This document shows positions 9,342 to 17,434 of a stretch of DNA of 64,000 bases, piece after piece. Position 1 is the stretch's first letter, and the number at the start of each line of letters is the position of its first letter. Source of the DNA: an uncultured Clostridia bacterium (lineage in GTDB: Bacteria > Bacillota > Clostridia > Christensenellales > UBA1242); the NCBI GenBank assembly GCA_944384535.1, contig CALWTS010000004.1, forward strand, positions 33,941-97,940. The letters are read 5' to 3'. Below the pieces are notes generated by a model. That model saw nothing but the letters and a program-made list of their open reading frames with translations. It was not told the DNA's origin and did no database searches. A program made the translations under genes and the position numbers.

Positions 9342-11045
9342 ATGTCTTTAATTTTAAGATATTCAGACACAAAAAATGGAGGAATATCTTTTATTGGAAA
9401 TACACTTGGACTAAGTAAAAGACAAGACCAAAACCTTTCTGGCACACTTGGTTCAATTGGTGCTTTTACAAGTTTAAATAATACTTTACAAGTAAATACT
9501 TTTCCCTTAGGTACGACAAGCAATTATCAACAAAATGGCTCGTTTGCAGTCCTCTCTATACCTTCAGATAGTAAAATTCTTTATGCTGAATTAATTTGGG
9601 GAGGTTTATATAAATCTAGGACAGATGATATTTCATCACTTTTAAACAATACAATAAATTTCACGACCCCTTTAAGCACATCGACAATTTCGTCAGACAT
9701 CTCGACACGTCAAAACTTATTAATTACCATAGATAATAATACACTTGGTTTTTATGTTAGAACAGCAAATGTAACAAATTTAGTGGCAAACTCTTTAAAT
9801 GGTAATTACTCTGTTAGTGGAGTACCAGCTCTTATTAATCCATTAGAATCACAAACTAACTCTACCAATCATGCGGGTTGGACTTTGGCTGTTGTCTACG
9901 AAAATCAATCACTCCCCTTAAGAAATTTAACTCTATGGAGTGGTGGTGTTGTTGTTTCACCAGCAACAGGTTCAACCGATATTTCAATAAGTGGTTTCAT
10001 AACTCCACCAGCTCTTCCAATTACAGGAAAAATCTTTGTGAGTAGTGCTGAGGGAGATGCTGTAATTAGCGGTGACCAAATGTTGTTTGGTTCTACAATT
10101 AACACGTTATCAAATTTATTTGGTCCAAACAATCCAGTATCAAACTTTTTTGCAAGTCAAATTAATGATGATAATGGAATTTTAAAAACTAGCGGAACAT
10201 TTGGCACAAGAAACGCCAATGCAATATCTGGAACAAATACAACTGCTTGTAGACAAGGATGGGATATAACATCGGTAGATGTATCAAATAAATTAGTAGC
10301 AAATCAAAAAACAGCTGCAATAAGATTTATAACCGATCAAGATTTATACGTTCCAAACGCTTTAGCTCTTCAGGTAGACAGTTTAGGTGCTAATTTAACA
10401 TTGACAAAAATAGTAGATAAAAATAATGCAAAAGTTGGAGAGGAAATTGAATTTACAATAATAATAAAAAATATAGGGAGTTTACCAACAACAACTTCTT
10501 CACTAAACGATATTTTTCCTAGTAACTTTTCGCTAGTTGAAAATTCGATAACAATAAATGGTATTACCCAACCAAACACTATACCTATAAATATAGGAAT
10601 TATCAATCCCAATGAAACAAAAAGTGTTGTATTTAAAATGATAGCCAACTCTTTACCAAATATAAATCCTTATTTTAATATTGCCACTGTAAATTATACT
10701 TTTACACCCTTTGAAGGATTAACAGTATCCTCTTTTTCAAATTCTAATTACACTTCAACATTTTTTTATCAAATAAAACTAAATGTTAACAAATCTGTAG
10801 ATAAAATTTATGCTATAAAAAATGATACATTAACATATTCTTCAGAAATAACAAATGAAAGCAACCTACCATTAATAAATTTGTTTTTTCAAGACAGTAT
10901 TCCTCAAGGAACAACGTTTATACCTAATACGGTAAAAATTGATAATATATCCTATCTTTCATATAGTCCTGAAACAGGTTTTTTTATACCTAATCTAATT
11001 CCGCAGCAATCTACTAAAATAGAATTCAAAGTTATAGTAAACTAA
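9342..11045 (+). CDS. DUF11 (conserved repeat domain) protein with large unassigned N-terminal domain, no signal peptide
   Basis: Two C-terminal DUF11/TIGR01451-like repeats (LTKIVDKNNAKVGEEIEFTIIIKNIGSLP...; KSVDKIYAIKNDTLTYSSEITNESNLPLINLFFQDSIPQGTTFIPNTVKIDN). The N-terminal ~345 aa are beta-rich and Ser/Thr/Asn-rich. Strong RBS. Confidence 0.75.
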   Translation: MSLILRYSDTKNGGISFIGNTLGLSKRQDQNLSGTLGSIGAFTSLNNTLQVNTFPLGTTSNYQQNGSFAVLSIPSDSKILYAELIWGGLYKSRTDDISSLLNNTINFTTPLSTSTISSDISTRQNLLITIDNNTLGFYVRTANVTNLVANSLNGNYSVSGVPALINPLESQTNSTNHAGWTLAVVYENQSLPLRNLTLWSGGVVVSPATGSTDISISGFITPPALPITGKIFVSSAEGDAVISGDQMLFGSTINTLSNLFGPNNPVSNFFASQINDDNGILKTSGTFGTRNANAISGTNTTACRQGWDITSVDVSNKLVANQKTAAIRFITDQDLYVPNALALQVDSLGANLTLTKIVDKNNAKVGEEIEFTIIIKNIGSLPTTTSSLNDIFPSNFSLVENSITINGITQPNTIPINIGIINPNETKSVVFKMIANSLPNINPYFNIATVNYTFTPFEGLTVSSFSNSNYTSTFFYQIKLNVNKSVDKIYAIKNDTLTYSSEITNESNLPLINLFFQDSIPQGTTFIPNTVKIDNISYLSYSPETGFFIPNLIPQQSTKIEFKVIVN

Positions 11046-11055
11046 AGGAGAAAAA

Positions 11056-11814
11056 ATGATAATAAATAATCAATCAAATGTACAATTCACTTTTGAACTT
11101 CCAGATGGAAGTACCCAAACAGAAAATCAAAATAGCAACATCGTCACAACAGAAGTTTTAACTGATAATTTTACTAAAATAAAGTCAAGTAATAAAACCT
11201 TTTTAGTAGAAGGAGAAACCGCAGAGCAAACAGTAACTCTTTCAAACTTAACTTCAAAACTTTTAACTAATCTCTTTTTCAAAGATATCATGACTTCTGG
11301 AGCAACACATGTCGCCGGTAGTGTTACAATTAATGGAACAAGTTATCCTAATTATGATTTAGTCAATGGTTTTAATTTACCTAATATGTCTCCTAATGAT
11401 GTATTAACTATAAAGTACAATATTATTTCAAACAATCCTTTAACCGAAAATACAACTAAAAATTATGGTAATTTGCAATACTCTGCAGGAGAATATAGTT
11501 TTAATGAAAACAGTAATGAAATAACCTTAATCAATGTATCTTCCAAATTAGGTGTAATCAAAGAAGTAGATAAAACTGTTGCTATCAAAGGAGATATTTT
11601 GCATTATAAAAATACAATCTTAAATACTGGAACTACAGAAAAAACAAATCTATTTTTTACTGATTCAATCCCTGCTGGAACATTTTTTGTAAATGGTAGT
11701 GTCAAAATAAACTCAATAAGTTACCCTTCTTATAATCCAGAAGCAGGATTTTCATTACCAAATCTTTCTGTTGGAAATAATGTAATAGTCGAATTCGATG
11801 TAGAGGTTATGTAA
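11056..11814 (+). CDS. DUF11 (conserved repeat domain) protein, two repeats, no signal peptide
   Basis: KEVDKTVAIKGDILHYKNTILNTGTTEKTNLFFTDSIPAGTFFVNGSVKINS plus an earlier degenerate repeat. RBS aaaggag lies 10 nt after the upstream stop. Confidence 0.75.
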   Translation: MIINNQSNVQFTFELPDGSTQTENQNSNIVTTEVLTDNFTKIKSSNKTFLVEGETAEQTVTLSNLTSKLLTNLFFKDIMTSGATHVAGSVTINGTSYPNYDLVNGFNLPNMSPNDVLTIKYNIISNNPLTENTTKNYGNLQYSAGEYSFNENSNEITLINVSSKLGVIKEVDKTVAIKGDILHYKNTILNTGTTEKTNLFFTDSIPAGTFFVNGSVKINSISYPSYNPEAGFSLPNLSVGNNVIVEFDVEVM

Positions 11815-11816
11815 AT

Positions 11817-12038
11817 ATGATAATAACAAATCAATCTTATATCATCGATAATAGCACTCAGACACCAACTCGAATTTATAGCAATATTGTTCAAACAAGA
11901 ATAATAAAAAGAAATATTCCTTGTCATTGCAGTTCACTACCTTTAACAAACAACTGTTTTAATTCTTGTTGTAGATGTTGTTGTAAATTTTGTATCTTTA
12001 AATGTTTAAAAAAAATACTTTGCAATAGAGGAATTTAA
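11817..12038 (+). CDS. small Cys-rich protein (73 aa) with DUF11-operon-type N-terminus
   Basis: It starts 2 nt after the upstream stop. The N-terminus MIITNQSYIIDNSTQTPTRIYSNIVQT parallels MIINNQSNVQFTF..STQTENQNSNIVTT of the preceding gene. The C-terminal 40 aa contain 11 Cys (CHCSSLPLTNNCFNSCCRCCCKFCIFKCLKKILC). A terminator follows. Confidence 0.6.
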   Translation: MIITNQSYIIDNSTQTPTRIYSNIVQTRIIKRNIPCHCSSLPLTNNCFNSCCRCCCKFCIFKCLKKILCNRGI

Positions 12039-12066
12039 AAAAAGGATTTTTATAATCCTTTTTTTT
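12036..12066. terminator. bidirectional rho-independent terminator between the DUF11 operon and mazF
   Basis: A-run, AAGGATT-tttat-AATCCTT, T-run. Confidence 0.75.
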
Positions 12067-12412
12067 AAAATCCTAAAGAAATCAATAAAGCTTTATTTAC
12101 CTCTCTCATTTTTTCTGCTGATAGGACAGTTATCTTTTCCTGCAGACGTCGCTTATCTAAAGTTCTAATCTGTTCCAATAAAGCAACTGAGTTTTTGGGT
12201 AAATTATATTGTTCCGCTGGTAATTCAATATGAGTAGGAAGCTTTGCTTTACCTAATTGACTTGTTATAGCAGAAACTATTACAGTAGGAGAATATTTGT
12301 TTCCAATGTCATTTTGAAGAATAAGTACAGGACGAACGCCACCCTGTTCACTTCCTACAACAGGGCTAAGGTCAGCATAATAAATTTCTCCTCTTTTTAT
12401 TTGATTGTCCAT
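12065..12412 (-). CDS. mazF: MazF/EndoA (PemK family) mRNA interferase toxin
   Basis: Near-collinear with Bacillus EndoA: [57 protein letters not shown]...[13 protein letters not shown]. Confidence 0.95.
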   Translation of the reverse strand: MDNQIKRGEIYYADLSPVVGSEQGGVRPVLILQNDIGNKYSPTVIVSAITSQLGKAKLPTHIELPAEQYNLPKNSVALLEQIRTLDKRRLQEKITVLSAEKMREVNKALLISLGF

Positions 12413-12629
12413 TTGATTCCTTATTCCAAAAATCTATTAAGTCGGCTTTTTCAAGGTCTGATAATTGATCATAAATTTTACTTAAATCAACATCTTCCCT
12501 CATTAGCATAATATGCTCATCATTTGAAAAATTTTCATTCAAAACGTAAGAAATATAATCTCCATAAAATTTTTCTACATTTTTCACTTTAGTCCACAAT
12601 TCTTTTGCATATTTGTTTTTTCTAATCAC
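12372..12629 (-). CDS. putative MazF-associated antitoxin (not recognisably RHH/MazE-like)
   Basis: 85-aa ORF directly upstream of mazF and overlapping it by 41 nt. GTG start lies 7 nt after AAAGGAG. The acidic C-terminal half ([15 protein letters not shown]) is followed by a basic tail. Called by position only. Confidence 0.5.
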   Translation of the reverse strand: MIRKNKYAKELWTKVKNVEKFYGDYISYVLNENFSNDEHIMLMREDVDLSKIYDQLSDLEKADLIDFWNKESNGQSNKKRRNLLC

Positions 12630-12688
12630 AATTATTCTCCTTTAACTATTGTTTTAAACATAGTTTGTTAAATACTAAAATTATTATT

Positions 12689-12713
12689 CTAAAAAAGGAG
12701 GACAACCCTCCTT
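12689..12713 (-). terminator. rho-independent terminator after acpS
   Basis: Minus strand reads AAGGAGG-gttgt-CCTCCTT followed by T's, immediately after the acpS stop. Confidence 0.65.
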
Positions 12714-13076
12714 TTAACATAAAATTGCAATCGCAATAGCCATAATTGGTGTATGAGATATTGAAACTTCTATTTTCTTATCTTTAAAACATTGATTATA
12801 TTTTTCTAATGCTTTTCCATGTAAAATAACAAAAGGTTTTCCATTATCTTCATGCGATAGTTCGATATCTTTAAATACAACACCGCTTCCTTTTCCCATT
12901 TCTAAAGCCTTCATAACTGCTTCTTTCAAACAAAATAAAGCACCTACTCTCTGATTTCTCAAACTGTCACAAAAAGATTTCATAATATATTTTTTTTCTT
13001 CTTCAGTTGCTATCTTATCAATAAATTCTTCACTTTTATCAACTCTTTCAATGTCAATTATATCAATTCCTATCAT
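12714..13076 (-). CDS. acpS: holo-[acyl-carrier-protein] synthase
   Basis: MIGIDIIDIERV opening, ...CLKEAVMKAL..., 120 aa. The acpS-mazEF neighbourhood matches Bacillus. Confidence 0.9.
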   Translation of the reverse strand: MIGIDIIDIERVDKSEEFIDKIATEEEKKYIMKSFCDSLRNQRVGALFCLKEAVMKALEMGKGSGVVFKDIELSHEDNGKPFVILHGKALEKYNQCFKDKKIEVSISHTPIMAIAIAILC

Positions 13077-13683
13077 TTGCTATACCCTCCCATGCTTTGG
13101 TAATGATTGAATAATCAAATCCTTTACTAATTAAATGATTAAAAAATTTTTGCTTTGTTTTAATATCAAAACTTTTATTTTTCATATATTTTTTTGCTAA
13201 GTTGTAACAATTTTCCAACTCATCATCATCATTTATTATCTCTTCTAATTTTTTATTAATTAATTCTTCATTTACTCCCTTGTTTATTAAATCGTATTTA
13301 AGTTTCCTTTTACTTTTTAACTTACAATAAGAATTTATATAACTTTCACAAAATTGTTCATCGTTTATATAACCATATTCTTTTACTTTTTTTATTGCAC
13401 GAATAATACATTCTTCTGGATATCTTTTTTCTTTGAGATAGTCAAACAACATTTTTTCGGTTTTCATTGTTTTTTCAAGTAAGGATAACGCACGATTAAA
13501 ACAAGCATAATCACCATTTTCAATTTTGATTTTTTCTAAAAACTCATCATCATAAAAACAATTTGTTTTTAAATAATTTTTCGCCAAAATTTCCGCTTCA
13601 AATGTGCCAAAAAATTCATTATCAACAAATAAATGGTATCTATCACCTTTTCCAACTTTTTTTATTTCTGTTATTTGCCTCAT
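13063..13683 (-). CDS. recX: recombination regulator RecX
   Basis: Three helical RecX repeats (...RALSLLEKTMKTEKMLFDYLKEKRYPEECIIRAIKKVKEYGYINDEQFCESY...). The ATG at 13683 follows GGGAG; the track start at 13719 lacks an RBS. Confidence 0.8.
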   Translation of the reverse strand: MRQITEIKKVGKGDRYHLFVDNEFFGTFEAEILAKNYLKTNCFYDDEFLEKIKIENGDYACFNRALSLLEKTMKTEKMLFDYLKEKRYPEECIIRAIKKVKEYGYINDEQFCESYINSYCKLKSKRKLKYDLINKGVNEELINKKLEEIINDDDELENCYNLAKKYMKNKSFDIKTKQKFFNHLISKGFDYSIITKAWEGIANDRN

Positions 13684-13702
13684 TATAACTCCCAAAATAT
13701 AA

Positions 13703-14056
13703 TTACTTAAATAGTTCACTTGTAGTTTTCGTATATGCCTTCACAAGTCCATTTGCTCCAAGTTTTATACCACCGAAATATCTTACAATAAAGACACAAA
13801 CATTGTTTCTATTTCGTTTTTGTAATACAGATAAAATAGGTCTACCTGCAGTACCACTTGGTTCACCATCATCAACCGCCTTTTCAAGATAAGGATTTTG
13901 GATTCTGTATGCATAACAAATATGTGTTGCCTTTTTATGTTGAAATTTTAAATATTCCAATATCTCTTTTACTTCAGTTTCACTATGACATTCGTAAAAA
14001 TACCCTAAAAATTTCGATTTTTTTTCGATAATTTCATTTGAATTTAAAAGTTTCAT
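13703..14056 (-). CDS. YigZ/IMPACT-family N-terminal domain protein (UPF0029), short form
   Basis: KSKFLGYF..., ATHICYAYR, DDGEPSGTAGRPIL motif. Only 117 aa, so the usual C-terminal domain is absent. Confidence 0.75.
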   Translation of the reverse strand: MKLLNSNEIIEKKSKFLGYFYECHSETEVKEILEYLKFQHKKATHICYAYRIQNPYLEKAVDDGEPSGTAGRPILSVLQKRNRNNVCVFIVRYFGGIKLGANGLVKAYTKTTSELFK

Positions 14057-15297
14057 TTAATTACAACCTTGATAAAATTCTTTTTCCCTTTTTTAAGCAA
14101 AACTGATCCTTTTTCAAAATCATCTTTATTTATTTGTTTAGTAAAAGTTGTGATTTTCTCATTTTTTAAAGTTATAGCACCACCTTCAATTAATCTTCTA
14201 GCTTCACTTTTTGATGAACTAAGTTTTGTTAAAGTCAACAACTCACAAATGTTTATACCATTTGCAATTTTCTCTTCAGAAATTTCAAATTCTGGAGCAT
14301 TATCTCCCCCTTGACTAAATAAATTTTCACTCATATCTCTTGCTTTAATAGCATCTTCTTCGCCTCTAACAAATTTGGTTATCTCAAAGCACATCTCTTT
14401 TTTTGCTTTAATTATATCTTCTTTAATCAACTTTCTAACATGATCCATTGGTAAATCTGTAAATAAAGCAAACATCATCTCTACACAAGCATCGGGAGTT
14501 TGATATACCCCTTGATAAAAATCATATGCAGAGATTCTATCCTTATCTATCCAAATTGCACCCCTCTCAGTTTTTCCCATTTTTTTGCCTTCAGGAGTCA
14601 ATAATAAAGGATTTGTAGCACCAATCATCTCTCTATTTTTATTATCAATTAAATTTAATTTTCTTCCCAAATCAGCACCAGCAACAATGTTTCCCCATTG
14701 ATCAGCACCACCCCATTCAAGAACACATTTGTATTTTTCATTTAAATAAACAAAATCATAAGCTTGCATAAGCATATAACCCATTTCAAAAAATGTTAAA
14801 CCACCTTCTTTTAACCTATTATCATAAATTTCACTAGCAAGCATTTTGTTTACATTAAAATGAACACCAACTTCTCTCATAAAATCAATATAATCATAAC
14901 CTTTAAACCAATCTGCATTATTTACAATTTCAGCCGCATTATCCCCTTCAAAATTCAAAAAAATTGAAAGACTTTTTTTAATTTTCGCAATATTTTCATC
15001 AACAGTTTTTTTACTCAATATACTTCTTATTTCGTTTTTACCTGAAGGATCGCCTATACACGCCGTTGCACCTCCCATAAGTAAATAAACTTTATGTCCC
15101 GCTTTTTGAAACCTTCTCAAAATACAATATGGAACACAATGACCAATGTGTAAGCTATCCATAGTTGGATCTGTACCTTCATACAAAGCGATTGGTTTAC
15201 CGCTTTCTAATAATTCTTTTAATTTATCTTCATCAGTACATTGATATAACAATCCTCTATCCTTTAAATCTTTAAACAAATTCTTATCTACAATCAT
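14053..15297 (-). CDS. tyrS: tyrosine--tRNA ligase
   Basis: HIGH-type motif (SLHIGH), KMGKT (KMSKS-type), C-terminal S4-like domain. The ATG at 15297 lies 7 nt after GGAGG. The 31 extra codons in the track ORF lie over the T-box terminator. Confidence 0.95.
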   Translation of the reverse strand: MIVDKNLFKDLKDRGLLYQCTDEDKLKELLESGKPIALYEGTDPTMDSLHIGHCVPYCILRRFQKAGHKVYLLMGGATACIGDPSGKNEIRSILSKKTVDENIAKIKKSLSIFLNFEGDNAAEIVNNADWFKGYDYIDFMREVGVHFNVNKMLASEIYDNRLKEGGLTFFEMGYMLMQAYDFVYLNEKYKCVLEWGGADQWGNIVAGADLGRKLNLIDNKNREMIGATNPLLLTPEGKKMGKTERGAIWIDKDRISAYDFYQGVYQTPDACVEMMFALFTDLPMDHVRKLIKEDIIKAKKEMCFEITKFVRGEEDAIKARDMSENLFSQGGDNAPEFEISEEKIANGINICELLTLTKLSSSKSEARRLIEGGAITLKNEKITTFTKQINKDDFEKGSVLLKKGKKNFIKVVIK

Positions 15298-15303
15298 TAT
15301 AAA

Positions 15304-15568
15304 CCTCCTAACTAAAAATATTAAATTAAAAAACAGCACGTTAATCCAAATAGGACGAAACGTGCTGTTCGTGGTACCACCTAAATTCAAATATTATAAA
15401 ATATTCCTTATTTAACTATTCGCCAGTTTAGCGCAAAACTTGAAACAAATGTAATTCATTATATAAATTTGTTAAGGTTTTCACCAACCACCCTATCTCT
15501 AAACAAATACTATACAACTACTGGTTTTGTCCCACCATTTTGATTATTTGATAAAAAAAATTTTATCC
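15304..15568 (-). promoter_or_regulatory. T-box leader (Tyr specifier UAC) controlling tyrS
   Basis: The minus strand shows a Stem I AGAGA...GGTGAAAA element and a specifier GAA-UAC-A (15451-15453). The T-box core is AATTTAGGTGGTACCACGAAC (about 15362-15382). The terminator AACAGCACG...CGTGCTGTT plus T-run is at 15327-15369. Confidence 0.9.
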
Positions 15569-15574
15569 TCACAC

Positions 15575-15603
15575 ATTATAATTTATCAATTTTTTTTTGT
15601 CAA
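15575..15603 (-). promoter_or_regulatory. consensus sigma-A promoter for the tyrS T-box leader
   Basis: Minus strand: TTGACA (15598-15603), 17-nt spacer, TATAAT (15575-15580). Confidence 0.65.
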
Positions 15604-15720
15604 TCATAATTTGAATTTTTTACTAAATACTGTTTGATAAATAAAAATTTATAAAAACTTTATTTTTATTTTGTTTTTTTTTGTTTTTATTCTAAAATTC
15701 TAATTGGAGGAATTTTATTT

Positions 15721-16389
15721 ATGAGTTGTCCAATGAATATAAAAGGTTTCGGCCCATCTCCTATTCCTGAAGAGGCAAAATGGGTACAATTAAAAGATAT
15801 AACACAAGTATCTGGTTTTTCACATGGATGTGGTAAATGTGCACCACAACAAGGGACATGTAAACTTACTTTAAATGTTAAAAATGGTATAATTAAAGAA
15901 GCTCTTGTTGAAACAATAGGTTGCTCAGGTATGACACATTCTGCAGCAATGGCAGCAGAAATTTTACCTGGAAAAACTTTATTAGAAGCATTAAATACCG
16001 ATCTTGTATGTGATGCAATAAACGATGCAATGAAAAACATCTTCTTGCAACTTGTGTATGGAAGAAGTCAATCTGCTTTTTCAGAAGGCGGTCTTGCCGT
16101 TGGTTCTGCACTCGAAGATCTTGGAAAAACTTTAACAAGCAATGTTGGAACTGTTTATTCTCAGGATGGTAATGGAACAAGGTATTTAAATTTAGCTGAA
16201 GGATATATTACTAAAGAAGGACTAGATGAAAATGGTGAAATTATTGGATATGAATACGTCGCTATTGGAGCTCTAATGAAATCTTTAAGAGAAGGCATGG
16301 ATAGTAAAGAAGCTATACAAAAAGCTACTAAAACATATGGAAGATTTAAAGAAGCTACTACAATAATTGATCCAAGGAGGGCTGAATAA
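15721..16389 (+). CDS. NifU/IscU-like iron-sulfur scaffold-type protein (long form)
   Basis: Cys-containing motifs at the three IscU ligand positions (HGCGKCAP; IGCSGMTHSAAMAAE; LVCDAINDAM). RBS ggagg upstream. Its stop overlaps the start of the next gene (TAATG). Confidence 0.7.
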   Translation: MSCPMNIKGFGPSPIPEEAKWVQLKDITQVSGFSHGCGKCAPQQGTCKLTLNVKNGIIKEALVETIGCSGMTHSAAMAAEILPGKTLLEALNTDLVCDAINDAMKNIFLQLVYGRSQSAFSEGGLAVGSALEDLGKTLTSNVGTVYSQDGNGTRYLNLAEGYITKEGLDENGEIIGYEYVAIGALMKSLREGMDSKEAIQKATKTYGRFKEATTIIDPRRAE

Positions 16390-17372
16390 TGGATTTAACT
16401 GTTAAACAAACATCAATTGATGAAACTTTAGCAAAATATAATATAAAAGATGTTGAACAAGCTAAACAAATTTGTTTAGAAGCTAATATTAACGTTGAGG
16501 AAATCGTTAAAGGTATTCAACCTATTTGTTTTGATAATGCTGTTAAAGCTTATGAATTAGGTGTCGCAATAGCTATTAAAACTAATACCAAAAAAGCAAC
16601 AGAAGTTGCTTTAAAACTAGGAGAAGGATTACAAGCTTATTGTGTAAAAGGTTCTGTTGCTGATGAAAGGCAAATTGGTTTAGGTCATGGAAGACTCGCA
16701 AGTATGCTTCTTGATGAAAAAACAAAAAGTTTTTGCTTTCTTGCTGGACATGAAAGTTTTGCTGCAGCTGAAGGTGCAATAGGAATTGTTACATCTGCAA
16801 ACAAAGTTAGAAAAACACCTTTAAATGTCATTTTGAATGGACTTGGAAAAGATGCAGCATATATAATTTCAAGAATTAATGGATTTACTTTTGTAAATAC
16901 TTCATATGACCATAAGACTGGAAAATTAACAATCTTAAATGAAAAATCATTCTCAAATTCAGAAAGAAGTAAAGTTAAAGTTTATGGCTCTTATGATGTA
17001 CCGGAAGGTGTTGCAATAATGAAACACGAAAAAGTTGATGTTTCTATTACTGGTAACTCGACAAATCCTACACGTTTTCAACACCCTGTTGCTGGAATTT
17101 ATAAAAAGTGGTGTTTTGAAAATGGACATAACTATTTTTCAGTTGCTTCTGGCGGAGGTACTGGAAGAACACTTCATCCTGATAATATGGGTTGCGGACC
17201 TGCAAGTTATGGACTTACAGATACTATGGGAAGAATGCATTGCGATGCACAATTTGCTGGTTCATCATCAGTTCCTGCACATGTTGAAATGATGGGCTTT
17301 ATTGGAATGGGAAATAATCCTATAGTTGGAGCTACTGTTGCATTAGCTGTTGCAGTCGAAACAAGAAAATAA
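16389..17372 (+). CDS. GGGtGRT family protein (function unknown)
   Basis: Contains the family signature ASGGGTGRTLHPD. 327 aa, matching the family length. Translationally coupled to the NifU-like gene. Confidence 0.8.
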   Translation: MDLTVKQTSIDETLAKYNIKDVEQAKQICLEANINVEEIVKGIQPICFDNAVKAYELGVAIAIKTNTKKATEVALKLGEGLQAYCVKGSVADERQIGLGHGRLASMLLDEKTKSFCFLAGHESFAAAEGAIGIVTSANKVRKTPLNVILNGLGKDAAYIISRINGFTFVNTSYDHKTGKLTILNEKSFSNSERSKVKVYGSYDVPEGVAIMKHEKVDVSITGNSTNPTRFQHPVAGIYKKWCFENGHNYFSVASGGGTGRTLHPDNMGCGPASYGLTDTMGRMHCDAQFAGSSSVPAHVEMMGFIGMGNNPIVGATVALAVAVETRK

Positions 17373-17398
17373 AAAGAAGATTATTTCTTCTTTTTTTA
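17371..17398 (+). terminator. rho-independent terminator after the GGGtGRT gene
   Basis: AAAGAAGA-ttatt-TCTTCTTT followed by a T run. Confidence 0.75.
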
Positions 17399-17434
17399 TT
17401 GACCTAAAATACTAAAAAATATTATAATTATTAC

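Noticed and set aside
15298-15390. 31-codon N-terminal extension of the tyrS ORF (MNLGGTTNSTFRP...)
   Set aside because: This stretch is the T-box core and terminator of the leader RNA (GGTGGTACC..., AACAGCACG/CGTGCTGTT). The real start is the ATG at 15297 after GGAGG.
15687-17292. Four ORFs of 65-117 aa in alternative frames or strands (15687-16040 -, 15893-16180 -, 16582-16779 -, 17035-17292 +)
   Set aside because: All lie inside the well-supported NifU-like and GGGtGRT genes. They most likely reflect the locally lower AT content, which gives fewer stop triplets, rather than overlapping genes.
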